24,524 bases of DNA from a virus (lineage: Duplodnaviria > Caudoviricetes). A program made the translations under genes and the position numbers. Positions within the stretch are counted from its first letter, which is position 1. Each line of letters opens with the position of its first letter. This document shows positions 15,201 to 22,422 of this stretch, piece after piece. The stretch spans positions 1 through 24,524 of IMG/VR virus record IMGVR_UViG_3300020409_000075. One strand, given 5' to 3'. The notes beneath the pieces are model-generated. The model was not told the DNA's origin. It did no database searches and saw only the letters and a program-made list of their open reading frames with translations.

Positions 15201-17667
15201 TACAGGAAGTAATACTTTAAGTATTCCAATTGATAAAAATTTTCCATCTGACAATGAGTTGGGATTAGTTACATATTATGGACATACAGATGGACTTTCA
15301 AAATATTGGCTAATGCAACCTGAAAATACTGTTCTGAGTGGCATTAAAACAAATGACCAAAAAGCTTATGAACAAGACTTTCACAGGTTAACTAGAAGTA
15401 TCACAAGAAGACTAGAAAACATATCTAAAAAAGCAAGTAATAATGAGTTAGATTTAAAAGTGCATGGAAATACTTCATACATGACTAAATGGGATAAAGA
15501 TATACTTATGGATATATATTATAAAAGAAATTTTATAGATTCTGAAGGTGTTACAATGGGTGGCGAGGGTACGAGAAGAAAAGAAATTCTCAAGGCTATG
15601 GCTAGAGATGATTTTATAGAGAGAGGATATTTAAGACTATCAAACAATATAAGAAGCAAAGATGGCGATATGTCTGTTGGACATAAACTTATAGATGCGA
15701 TAACTGAATATCAACGATTAAGTGGGTATTCTGATCAATTTGATGAAAAGTTGCTTCCAAAAGAAATTGGTAAAGCTAAGTTCATACATAATCACATATC
15801 TTCTTGGCGAACAGAAGCTCAAGACAATCCTAGAGAAATAGTATTGGGTACTTATACAGATTACACACAACCAAAAGAAATAGCTAGAAAAGCAAAAGGA
15901 CAACAAAGTTATGGTTCTACAGTTCGACCTAGAGGGTCAGCACCTATGTACACAGATGCAAGTGCAGAACTCATAGAAAAAACATTAAAGGATTATGAGG
16001 CAGAAACAAAGGCAATAGAAAGAGAATTAAAAGATTTAACTCCTCTACCTTTTACGGAAAAAAAACAGAATGAAGTAGAAAGATTACAGAAAGAAATAGA
16101 CATTAGAAAAAGAGTCTATGATAAAATTGCTTCATCACAAAGTATGGCATCTCCAGCTTTTGCTAGAACTCCGTCTGGAATTTATAGAGATTTATATCCA
16201 GGTTCACATTTTGGAGGATCTCTTCCAAAAGATGTAACTGAAATTACTCATTCATTAATAGTTGATTCTAAATATAAGGGAGGAGATGCTATTGTAATTG
16301 GAGAAATGCAAAGTGACCCTCAACAGTATCTTAGACAACAGGGTATGCATGTAGGTACTCCTAAAAAATTAAAAGAATTATTTAAGATAGCTAGAGCAGA
16401 AGAGGAATTATTGTATGGTGTTGACCTTGAGAAATTACAAGGGGGTTCACTAAAAACTAGAGAAATTACAAACATGTTAGAAAAGTCTCCATTTGGACAG
16501 AGAGGATTGGGGTATGGACAAAATGATCGTTTTGGAACAATTGCTCCTAATATTCCTTTTGTCGGATCTCCTGGAGATAGCAGTAAACCACATAAGTTGA
16601 TGTTTAAAAGATTATTTACAATGGCAGTTGATGAGAATAAAGATTACGTTGTGCTTACTGCTCCTGAATATGTACATAGGAGATGGAAGCAAGCAGGAGT
16701 AGGTATGCTACAAGCATATAAAGATTTACAAACTACATTTTTAAATACTGCAAAAGAGTTAGATCCAGATGCTAAACTAGAGGGAATACGTATGAAGACA
16801 GTTAGTTCCATTAGTTCACCTACTTTAGATATAGATAACCCATCTGGAACATTAAAAGAATCTACATTTGAAGATTTATACAATGAGAGAGATTTTAGAG
16901 TTAGAATGAAATTGCCTAACATAAAATTAAAAGCTTTGTATGAAATTCAGGATTTATTACTAAAAGAAACGAGAGAAAAAGGCTTAGATTTATTGGAAAC
17001 GTCAGACTCAAGAAAAGGTTTTCAAGATCAAATTTTTCCTAAGATTGTATTTTTTTTAAATAGAGAAGCTAGTACTTTAAGTAATGTTTTTGGACAAAGA
17101 TCTTATATAACAAAAGCATCTGGTGGAAAATTGCCTACTTTACCTATGCCAGGTGCTTATGGAAGAGGTTTCGTTATAGATCCTCAGATGATGGAAACTC
17201 CTTCTTCAAAAAATAGAGTAGGGTTTGAAGCTAGTGATGATGGTAGTATAATGCTTGATCCTGGCAGTATAGGGGATCAGATAACTGAAAGATATCAACA
17301 GTTAAAAGAATGGTCACAAATATTTGACAAGCCTATGAGTGAGGGTGAAAGAAGAAATAGAACAAGTTTTGACTTAAATCATCCTTTTAGAGAAAAAATT
17401 AACAAAATTTTAAATAAAACAGATAATAATATAATTAAATTAGAAAAAACATTAGGTGTATATACAGGCGATTCATCTGATGTAAGATCTATTATAAATA
17501 AAGAACCTATGCATGTCGCAATTAAAATTACACCAAAAATGAAAAAGTCAATAGAAAATGGGCAATCCCTATATTCAATTCCCGGTTTATCAATGGGAGT
17601 AGGGGGAGCAAGTTTAGTTGGGTCTATAGCACAAGAACAAGGAACAGAAAATGGCAACACAAGATGA
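12256..17667 (+). CDS. Giant (~1800 aa) internal virion/ejection-type polyvalent protein
   Basis: Located in the head module. The N-terminal region has DPFTYMGLG and Gly-rich hydrophobic helices; later come GEMQSD and ITPKMK..IENGQSLYS segments. Start probably ATG 12256. Confidence 0.7.
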   Translation: MATLDNQMLTAFEKEDSVSDLQREAIGSFNYNKNKYVNQIANQVINLGFDRDYAFNIADRAKKDSFWRDLIAKEDDNINLIEGNFDALATSNYNPGDTTIPFEKDAQKIAFESVIKDQGDDVFLNQENQIGQRWAEYSKTLYNASVKNKIPKGDYLDPKTWEGDLLDTSAIDPKTDREFAQWGIEHIGQLNYNLLELGMAAGDVAIDDPDVAFSLYSMLDIYDKLPNFTKKGWGRFAKGVATDPFTYMGLGALYQTAKGLFGKKLTTEAVKQSLLGNIKKRFPMYAVGSAEGAAYMGLDEFHRQTIGIKAGELSQRDITNQLLSIGVGGVFGFGGTAVGDLAITGVKKGIDQFKGMPKIDPFPTFEIPKIELAENTLGSTFGNLTLKFKSKDGTKVIEPTDIQDPVMKLYSPSLLGIMNAVNDPNISIPKKQLENPNFHSGQYILKEADKFGLKKEELEYMGLTGYLESDKAKRITLEELQELIKDRPFPIFQKSLVHPDKMKDYLPPGTETEFEKNYKFEPFNPVGDHSGGALHPNQVDISSYNRYKGSTLREFVDHKDFRFEHKDQLPKVFKPENLENMNMNPEIHMPEFKDFKLFLEDIFIPLRREGIYQSLSPDYTRGNFPNLVDDVDSTRMDMASSTDFAYFMHPEIKRKSVGFKIDNSNISNYFKSLNDRGINVDTQLTPYAVHTAKYFNISDPVKLRRARDKNTKMLNVYGGIEDGLYPSKNELNVLDPRERNINSRFTKMSLIDNFTNRFLENIKNDPITPTKTIYLRTWKKLWEDYGDILIKPSKFNEKGKTSALNIKEEVLLFSSFPAFRRAFKSILDSYNTLLYSAGLPSSYGKLPQAIDPDINGLAFYNYGGSKLSAADIAFLSDTKKVNDVKEKVIGEFTKGKGHNRKAYTLEQLSQAKNDPSFIQFRDQRLNEFQEKIRQARLDNLEIAAPGRTATPYVTEINLNDFLITGLHWLALDNPHYYTKNMLTGSNTLSIPIDKNFPSDNELGLVTYYGHTDGLSKYWLMQPENTVLSGIKTNDQKAYEQDFHRLTRSITRRLENISKKASNNELDLKVHGNTSYMTKWDKDILMDIYYKRNFIDSEGVTMGGEGTRRKEILKAMARDDFIERGYLRLSNNIRSKDGDMSVGHKLIDAITEYQRLSGYSDQFDEKLLPKEIGKAKFIHNHISSWRTEAQDNPREIVLGTYTDYTQPKEIARKAKGQQSYGSTVRPRGSAPMYTDASAELIEKTLKDYEAETKAIERELKDLTPLPFTEKKQNEVERLQKEIDIRKRVYDKIASSQSMASPAFARTPSGIYRDLYPGSHFGGSLPKDVTEITHSLIVDSKYKGGDAIVIGEMQSDPQQYLRQQGMHVGTPKKLKELFKIARAEEELLYGVDLEKLQGGSLKTREITNMLEKSPFGQRGLGYGQNDRFGTIAPNIPFVGSPGDSSKPHKLMFKRLFTMAVDENKDYVVLTAPEYVHRRWKQAGVGMLQAYKDLQTTFLNTAKELDPDAKLEGIRMKTVSSISSPTLDIDNPSGTLKESTFEDLYNERDFRVRMKLPNIKLKALYEIQDLLLKETREKGLDLLETSDSRKGFQDQIFPKIVFFLNREASTLSNVFGQRSYITKASGGKLPTLPMPGAYGRGFVIDPQMMETPSSKNRVGFEASDDGSIMLDPGSIGDQITERYQQLKEWSQIFDKPMSEGERRNRTSFDLNHPFREKINKILNKTDNNIIKLEKTLGVYTGDSSDVRSIINKEPMHVAIKITPKMKKSIENGQSLYSIPGLSMGVGGASLVGSIAQEQGTENGNTR

Positions 17668-19255
17668 ACAAATGAATATGCTAATGCAACAAGGGGGAAT
17701 GCAAGATGATGGCATGACTCGTGATCCTGTAAGTGGTAATGAAGTACCTCCCGGATCATTAGCTAAAGAAGTTCGTGATGATATACCTGCTCAATTGAGT
17801 GAGGGTGAGTATGTGATACCAGCAGATGCTGTACAATTTCATGGATTAAAGTTTTATGAAGCAACAGTACAAGAAGCTAAGATGGGATTAGCAGATATGA
17901 ATGCTAGAGGTAGGATAGGTGGAGAGCCTATACCACAAGAACAAACACCTCAAGCTTTGCCATTTGACATATCTGAATTACAAACTAGAGAATCTGCACC
18001 TCAACAGCCTATGCCTATGATGAACAGAGGTGGTGTTATATATGCTAATAAGGGAGTTTTTACAGGTGTATCAGGGCAGACTACTACACCAAAATTAGAC
18101 TTTTCAAATACAGATGCTTATTTTAGTAATCCCAATAGAGGTAGTAACACGGGTCGACCCTCAATGGCTCGTTTTATAGCACCAGGCTGTAAACAGAAAG
18201 AAGTGCTAGTATCAGGCAATCGTGTTCCAATTACAGCAGGTTCTACAGAAGTAGATGGTGTTAACTATGTAGACATAACGAGTGATGCAGGTCTTAATAT
18301 CGTAAAAGGATGTAGTGAGATATCGTTGAATCCTAGTGAAGAAAAACTTGTTATAGATCGTATCGGACAAGCTGAATATGATAAGTATAAGGGTGGAGAA
18401 ACTAGACCTACTGAAACAGAAACTAAAGTAGAGGGTGAGCCTGAACCACAACCAGATGATGATGATGGAAGAAGAGAGCCACAAGAAGATGATTTTATCA
18501 AAGGTTGGAACATGGACAAGATGACTGACTATTTTGGTGATATGACTAAATTTTATGATGGCACAGAGGATACATTAATAGGTGGCATACTAAAAGGTAT
18601 AACTAAACCTATTGTTAAACTTAATCATAAGCATATTGTAGGTAGAGCTATGGAACTTTTAGAGGGTCGTAAAGATCCTAAGACAGGAGAAGATCTTTCA
18701 GAAGCTCAGATAGCTACACTAACAGGTATACTAAAAATGAATCCTGGTGGAATGATTCAGGATGCATTTAATATAGGTGGTAGAACTATTGCGTGGAATC
18801 CTGAAAAAGGTACGTATGAGTCAAATACTTTTGATCCTACATTAATAGGTGGTGAAACTATAGATATTGAAACAGATATTAACAAAACAATCATGCCTAT
18901 ACCGACACTTGAGACAAGTAAAGAGACACAAGAAGCAGCAAGTAAACCAGCAAGAAGTGAAGAAGATAAAACATATGCAAGTAATTTTGAAATAGAAGAA
19001 CGTGAAAAAGATGAACCTGGATATGAAAAACGACAATCATCTGCTGTTTATTCAGGTACTGCTACTACAAAAGATTCAGCAGGAACAACTGCTATAAGTA
19101 GATCAGCACAAGGTATGTCTGAAGACGATGATAGAAGATCAACAGAACAAGCAGGAATGGCAGGTCAAGATACTACGTCATTAGCCGCAGGAAAGTTCGG
19201 AGGAAACAAGGGTGGACTTGCAAAGAAAAGAAAAAGAACCACAAAGAAGAAGTAA
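17651..19255 (+). CDS. Putative internal virion protein with DDIPAQLSEGEYVIPAD domain
   Basis: The N-terminal domain resembles the DxIPAxLSxGE(F/Y)V motif seen in phage tape-measure/virion proteins. Acidic middle; NKGG plus basic C-terminus. Confidence 0.65.
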   Translation: MATQDEQMNMLMQQGGMQDDGMTRDPVSGNEVPPGSLAKEVRDDIPAQLSEGEYVIPADAVQFHGLKFYEATVQEAKMGLADMNARGRIGGEPIPQEQTPQALPFDISELQTRESAPQQPMPMMNRGGVIYANKGVFTGVSGQTTTPKLDFSNTDAYFSNPNRGSNTGRPSMARFIAPGCKQKEVLVSGNRVPITAGSTEVDGVNYVDITSDAGLNIVKGCSEISLNPSEEKLVIDRIGQAEYDKYKGGETRPTETETKVEGEPEPQPDDDDGRREPQEDDFIKGWNMDKMTDYFGDMTKFYDGTEDTLIGGILKGITKPIVKLNHKHIVGRAMELLEGRKDPKTGEDLSEAQIATLTGILKMNPGGMIQDAFNIGGRTIAWNPEKGTYESNTFDPTLIGGETIDIETDINKTIMPIPTLETSKETQEAASKPARSEEDKTYASNFEIEEREKDEPGYEKRQSSAVYSGTATTKDSAGTTAISRSAQGMSEDDDRRSTEQAGMAGQDTTSLAAGKFGGNKGGLAKKRKRTTKKK

Positions 19256-19259
19256 CCAA

Positions 19260-19288
19260 TATAGCTACTCTAATATATAGACCCTATA
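19260..19288 (+). promoter_or_regulatory. RNA hairpin abutting the scaffold RBS
   Basis: TATAG-CTAC-TCTA-atata-TAGA-CC-CTATA, directly followed by GGAGG. Confidence 0.5.
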
Positions 19289-19298
19289 GGAGGAAATA

Positions 19299-20195
19299 AT
19301 GCCAGAATTAGCAGAAGTAGAAAAACCAAAAACCGCAGGATATGTAAATCCTAGACCAAAAAATAAAAATAAGGAAAGGATAGAACAAGCTGAAAAAGAA
19401 TTGGAACAACTGTCTTCTCAAGCACAAGGAGATGGGGTTTCAGAAACAACTGAAAAGGTCACGAGTTCAGAAGTTCCTGAAACTGACAGCAAAGATGAGA
19501 GCCTTAGTAAGGAAGAACAGACATTTAAAAAGCGATATGGAGATCTACGAAGACATTTAGCTGATAAAGAGAAGAATCTTTCTGAAGAGATTGATAAACT
19601 AAAAAAACAATTAGATTTAGCAACTAAGAATGAATTAGTCTTACCTAAATCAGAAGATGAAATTGATGCATGGGCAAAGAAATACCCTGATGTTGCAGGC
19701 ATAGTTGAGACTATTGCAAGTAAGAAAGCAAGGGAAGCATCACAAGATTTAGATAAAAGAGTCAAAGAAATAGAGGGAATGAGAGAATCAGCTAAAGTAG
19801 AAAAAGCAGAAGCTGAACTACTAGCACTTCATCCTGACTTTGCAGAGATTAGAGAAAAAGATGAGTTCCATGATTGGGCAGAAAATCAGCCTAAATGGAT
19901 TCAGGATGCTCTATACGAAAATGCAACAGATGCTAAAGCAGCATCTAGAGTGATTGATTTGTATAAAGCAGATAAAGGAATATCAACAAAATCAAATGTT
20001 GATTTGTCAGCCGCTAAGGCTGTCTCACCAAAAAGAGGAAGATCGACACCTCAAGCCGATGCAACTGCATCCTACCTTAAAGAGTCGGTAGTAAATAAAA
20101 TGTCTACACGAGAGTATGAAAAGAACCAAGATAAAATCATGGAAGCAATTCGTACAGGACAATTTGTGTATGACATATCAGGTGGTGCAAGATAA
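19299..20195 (+). CDS. Capsid scaffolding protein
   Basis: Directly upstream of the MCP; charged coiled coil, FKKRYGDLRR and HPDF motifs; SD AGGAGG. Confidence 0.8.
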   Translation: MPELAEVEKPKTAGYVNPRPKNKNKERIEQAEKELEQLSSQAQGDGVSETTEKVTSSEVPETDSKDESLSKEEQTFKKRYGDLRRHLADKEKNLSEEIDKLKKQLDLATKNELVLPKSEDEIDAWAKKYPDVAGIVETIASKKAREASQDLDKRVKEIEGMRESAKVEKAEAELLALHPDFAEIREKDEFHDWAENQPKWIQDALYENATDAKAASRVIDLYKADKGISTKSNVDLSAAKAVSPKRGRSTPQADATASYLKESVVNKMSTREYEKNQDKIMEAIRTGQFVYDISGGAR

Positions 20196-20225
20196 CCACT
20201 ATTTAATAGTAATACAAAAGAAGAA

Positions 20226-20274
20226 CCACTCATACGATTAAGCCAATATACGTATTCACCTTAAAAGTATGACC
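20226..20274 (+). promoter_or_regulatory. Structured leader upstream of the major capsid gene
   Basis: Nested stems TCATAC/GTATGA, TTAAG/CTTAA and AATA/TATT, capped by a UACG (UNCG) loop. Confidence 0.6.
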
Positions 20275-20323
20275 TCTCTCTAAGTGTTAGCTATTCTTGA
20301 GCCAAATATTAAGGAGATGTGAT

Positions 20324-21394
20324 ATGGCTTTTCCAAAAGAAGCTGGTCATGGTAATTTACCTAATGGTAATTTTTCTGCGATCATTTACTCCAAACAAGT
20401 ACAGCTTGCCTTTCGTAAGTCTACTGTAGTTGGAGATATCACTAATTCTGATTATTTCGGGGAAATTGCTAATCAAGGGGATACAGTAAAGATTATCAAG
20501 GAACCGGAAATTTCGGTTAGTGAATATAAGCGTGGTACGCAAGTATCCGCACAAGACCTAGACGATGAGGACTTCAGTCTCGTTATCGACAAAGCAAACT
20601 ACTATGCTTTCAAGATGGATGACATTGAAGAAGCTCATAGTCATGTAAACTTTATGCAACTCGCAACTGACAGAGCTGCATATAGACTATCTGATAACTA
20701 TGACCAAGAAGTATTGGCATATATGTCAGGCTACTCACAGCCATCCAAACATGCTGTTGGTAATGCTGTGAACTCAGTCGTTAATGGAACAAAGGCTGTT
20801 GCAACCGCTGATAATGATGAATTGTTAAGCTCTATGAAACTTAAAAAAGGTGATTTTAGTGCAATCAATTCAGGTAATGGTGGAGACAATTCTATTCCAT
20901 TAGCAAATGTCTTGCCAGGTCAAGCAAGTGCAGTAACTACAACTGTTACACCTATGCAAGTCATTAACAGAATGTCAAGACTATTGAATCAACAGCAAGT
21001 TGATACTCAAGGTCGTTGGCTAGTCGTTGATCCAATTTTTATGGAGCTACTACAGGATGAAAATTCAAAGCTAATTAATGCTGATTATTCTGAAGCAGGT
21101 CTTAAAAATGGACTTACTATAAACAATCTTGCCGGATTTAGAGTACATGTTTCTAGCAACTTACCATCATTAGGTACAGGTGCAGGTACTTCAGGTACAG
21201 GAGCTAATAATACAAATTATGGTGTGATTGTTGCAGGACATGATTCTGCTGTTGCTACTGCTGAACAAATCAGCAAGACAGAAACTTATCGTGATCCTGA
21301 CTCATTTGCAGACATTGTAAGAGGTATGCACCTCTATGGTCGTAAGATATTACGTCCTGAAGCAATTGTTACTGCTAAATACAATGTAGCGTAA
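20324..21394 (+). CDS. Major capsid protein (356 aa; start moved to ATG 20324)
   Basis: SD AAGGAG at 20311-20316. GDTVKI, GRWLVVDP, GFRVHVSSNLP and FADIVRGMHLYG motifs of P22-coat-like HK97-fold capsids. Confidence 0.92.
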   Translation: MAFPKEAGHGNLPNGNFSAIIYSKQVQLAFRKSTVVGDITNSDYFGEIANQGDTVKIIKEPEISVSEYKRGTQVSAQDLDDEDFSLVIDKANYYAFKMDDIEEAHSHVNFMQLATDRAAYRLSDNYDQEVLAYMSGYSQPSKHAVGNAVNSVVNGTKAVATADNDELLSSMKLKKGDFSAINSGNGGDNSIPLANVLPGQASAVTTTVTPMQVINRMSRLLNQQQVDTQGRWLVVDPIFMELLQDENSKLINADYSEAGLKNGLTINNLAGFRVHVSSNLPSLGTGAGTSGTGANNTNYGVIVAGHDSAVATAEQISKTETYRDPDSFADIVRGMHLYGRKILRPEAIVTAKYNVA

Positions 21395-21408
21395 GGGGGG
21401 AACTGAAT

Positions 21409-21897
21409 ATGGCTTTAGGTGATAATACACTTCAATCTGCTAGAGGTTCGGATTCCAATCCTGGTAGAAAACCTTACATGGTTCAAACTGTGCTAAATCT
21501 TGCTACAGCCTTATCTGATAAAGGGAGTGCATTAGCAGCAGCTGATGTTATTCCTGTTATCGCTGTGCCAAAAGGTACAATGGTAATTAATGCAGGTATA
21601 GAGGTTGATACAGCTAGTGACGGATCTACATTTACTGTAGATTTAGGCATGGTAGATCCTGACGTATTTGTAGATGGCTTTGATGGTACATCTGCAGCAG
21701 GTGTTGTTGCTCAAAATCCTGCGGCATTTCAGCCTGTAATGGCTGTTGCTAACGACAACATTGACTTAACTATTGCAACACTTTCAGGTGGTGCAGTAAC
21801 TACAGGCAAGTTTCGTATTTGGGCATGGATGATGGACTGTACTGATTCAGGCTCATCAAAAGCAGCTAATGAAGTCGCTAGAGACTACTTAGCATAA
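21409..21897 (+). CDS. Putative capsid decoration/minor capsid protein
   Basis: Beta-rich 162 aa between the MCP and the terminator (co-expressed with MCP). Confidence 0.6.
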   Translation: MALGDNTLQSARGSDSNPGRKPYMVQTVLNLATALSDKGSALAAADVIPVIAVPKGTMVINAGIEVDTASDGSTFTVDLGMVDPDVFVDGFDGTSAAGVVAQNPAAFQPVMAVANDNIDLTIATLSGGAVTTGKFRIWAWMMDCTDSGSSKAANEVARDYLA

Positions 21898-21904
21898 TTC
21901 ATTT

Positions 21905-21937
21905 GAGAGGGGGCGAGGAAACTTGCCCTCTTTCTCT
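21905..21937 (+). terminator. Rho-independent terminator after the capsid operon
   Basis: GAGAGGGGGCGAG-GAAA-CTTGCCCTCTTTC, then a pyrimidine tract; GNRA loop. Confidence 0.8.
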
Positions 21938-21959
21938 ATATAATTAATGGGAGAAAAAA

Positions 21960-22421
21960 ATGGGAACAATTACGACGGCTTTATGTAGTACATTTAAGCA
22001 AGAATTGTTAAATGGCACTCACAATTTTGGGTCACATACATTTAAGTTAGCATTAATCAAAGAGAGTCCTACTGATAGTTATGGTGCTGCTACTACAAGT
22101 TACGACAATGGATCAGCTTCATTAACAGGTGGTAATAACGATGAACATGCAAATGGTAATGGTTATACTACAGGAGGAGTTACTCTAGGTAGTGTTGCTG
22201 TATCTTTATCAGGAACGACAGCTTTTGTTGACTTTGCAGATCCACAATTTACAAGTGCTACATTAGATGCAGATGGATGTATCATTTATAATGACACAGC
22301 AACAAATAATCCTGCTGTTTGTGTTATTAATTTTGGTTCAACACAATCTTCTGATAATGGTACATTTACAATTACAATGCCTACAGCCGATGCGAGTAAT
22401 GCGATCATAAGGATAGCATAG
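21960..22421 (+). CDS. Virion structural protein (tail/fibre-associated)
   Basis: FKQELL.G.HNF...FKLAL...GYTTGG...FTITMP pattern; T/S/G-rich; precedes the fibre gene. Confidence 0.7.
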   Translation: MGTITTALCSTFKQELLNGTHNFGSHTFKLALIKESPTDSYGAATTSYDNGSASLTGGNNDEHANGNGYTTGGVTLGSVAVSLSGTTAFVDFADPQFTSATLDADGCIIYNDTATNNPAVCVINFGSTQSSDNGTFTITMPTADASNAIIRIA

Positions 22422-22422
22422 C

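Noticed and set aside
20297-20323. TTG start for the capsid gene
   Set aside because: The SD AAGGAG lies inside this extension and fits ATG 20324.
6819-20554. Minus-strand ORFs inside the structural arm (6819, 7209, 8967, 9539, 15718, 16644, 17379, 18212, 18265, 18842, 19418, 20357)
   Set aside because: They are antisense to well-supported genes, have F/S/L/I-rich shadow composition and show no motifs.
21380-21409. Programmed frameshift or readthrough fusing MCP to the next gene
   Set aside because: There is no slippery heptamer before the TAA. The G run follows the stop and serves as the SD for ATG 21409.
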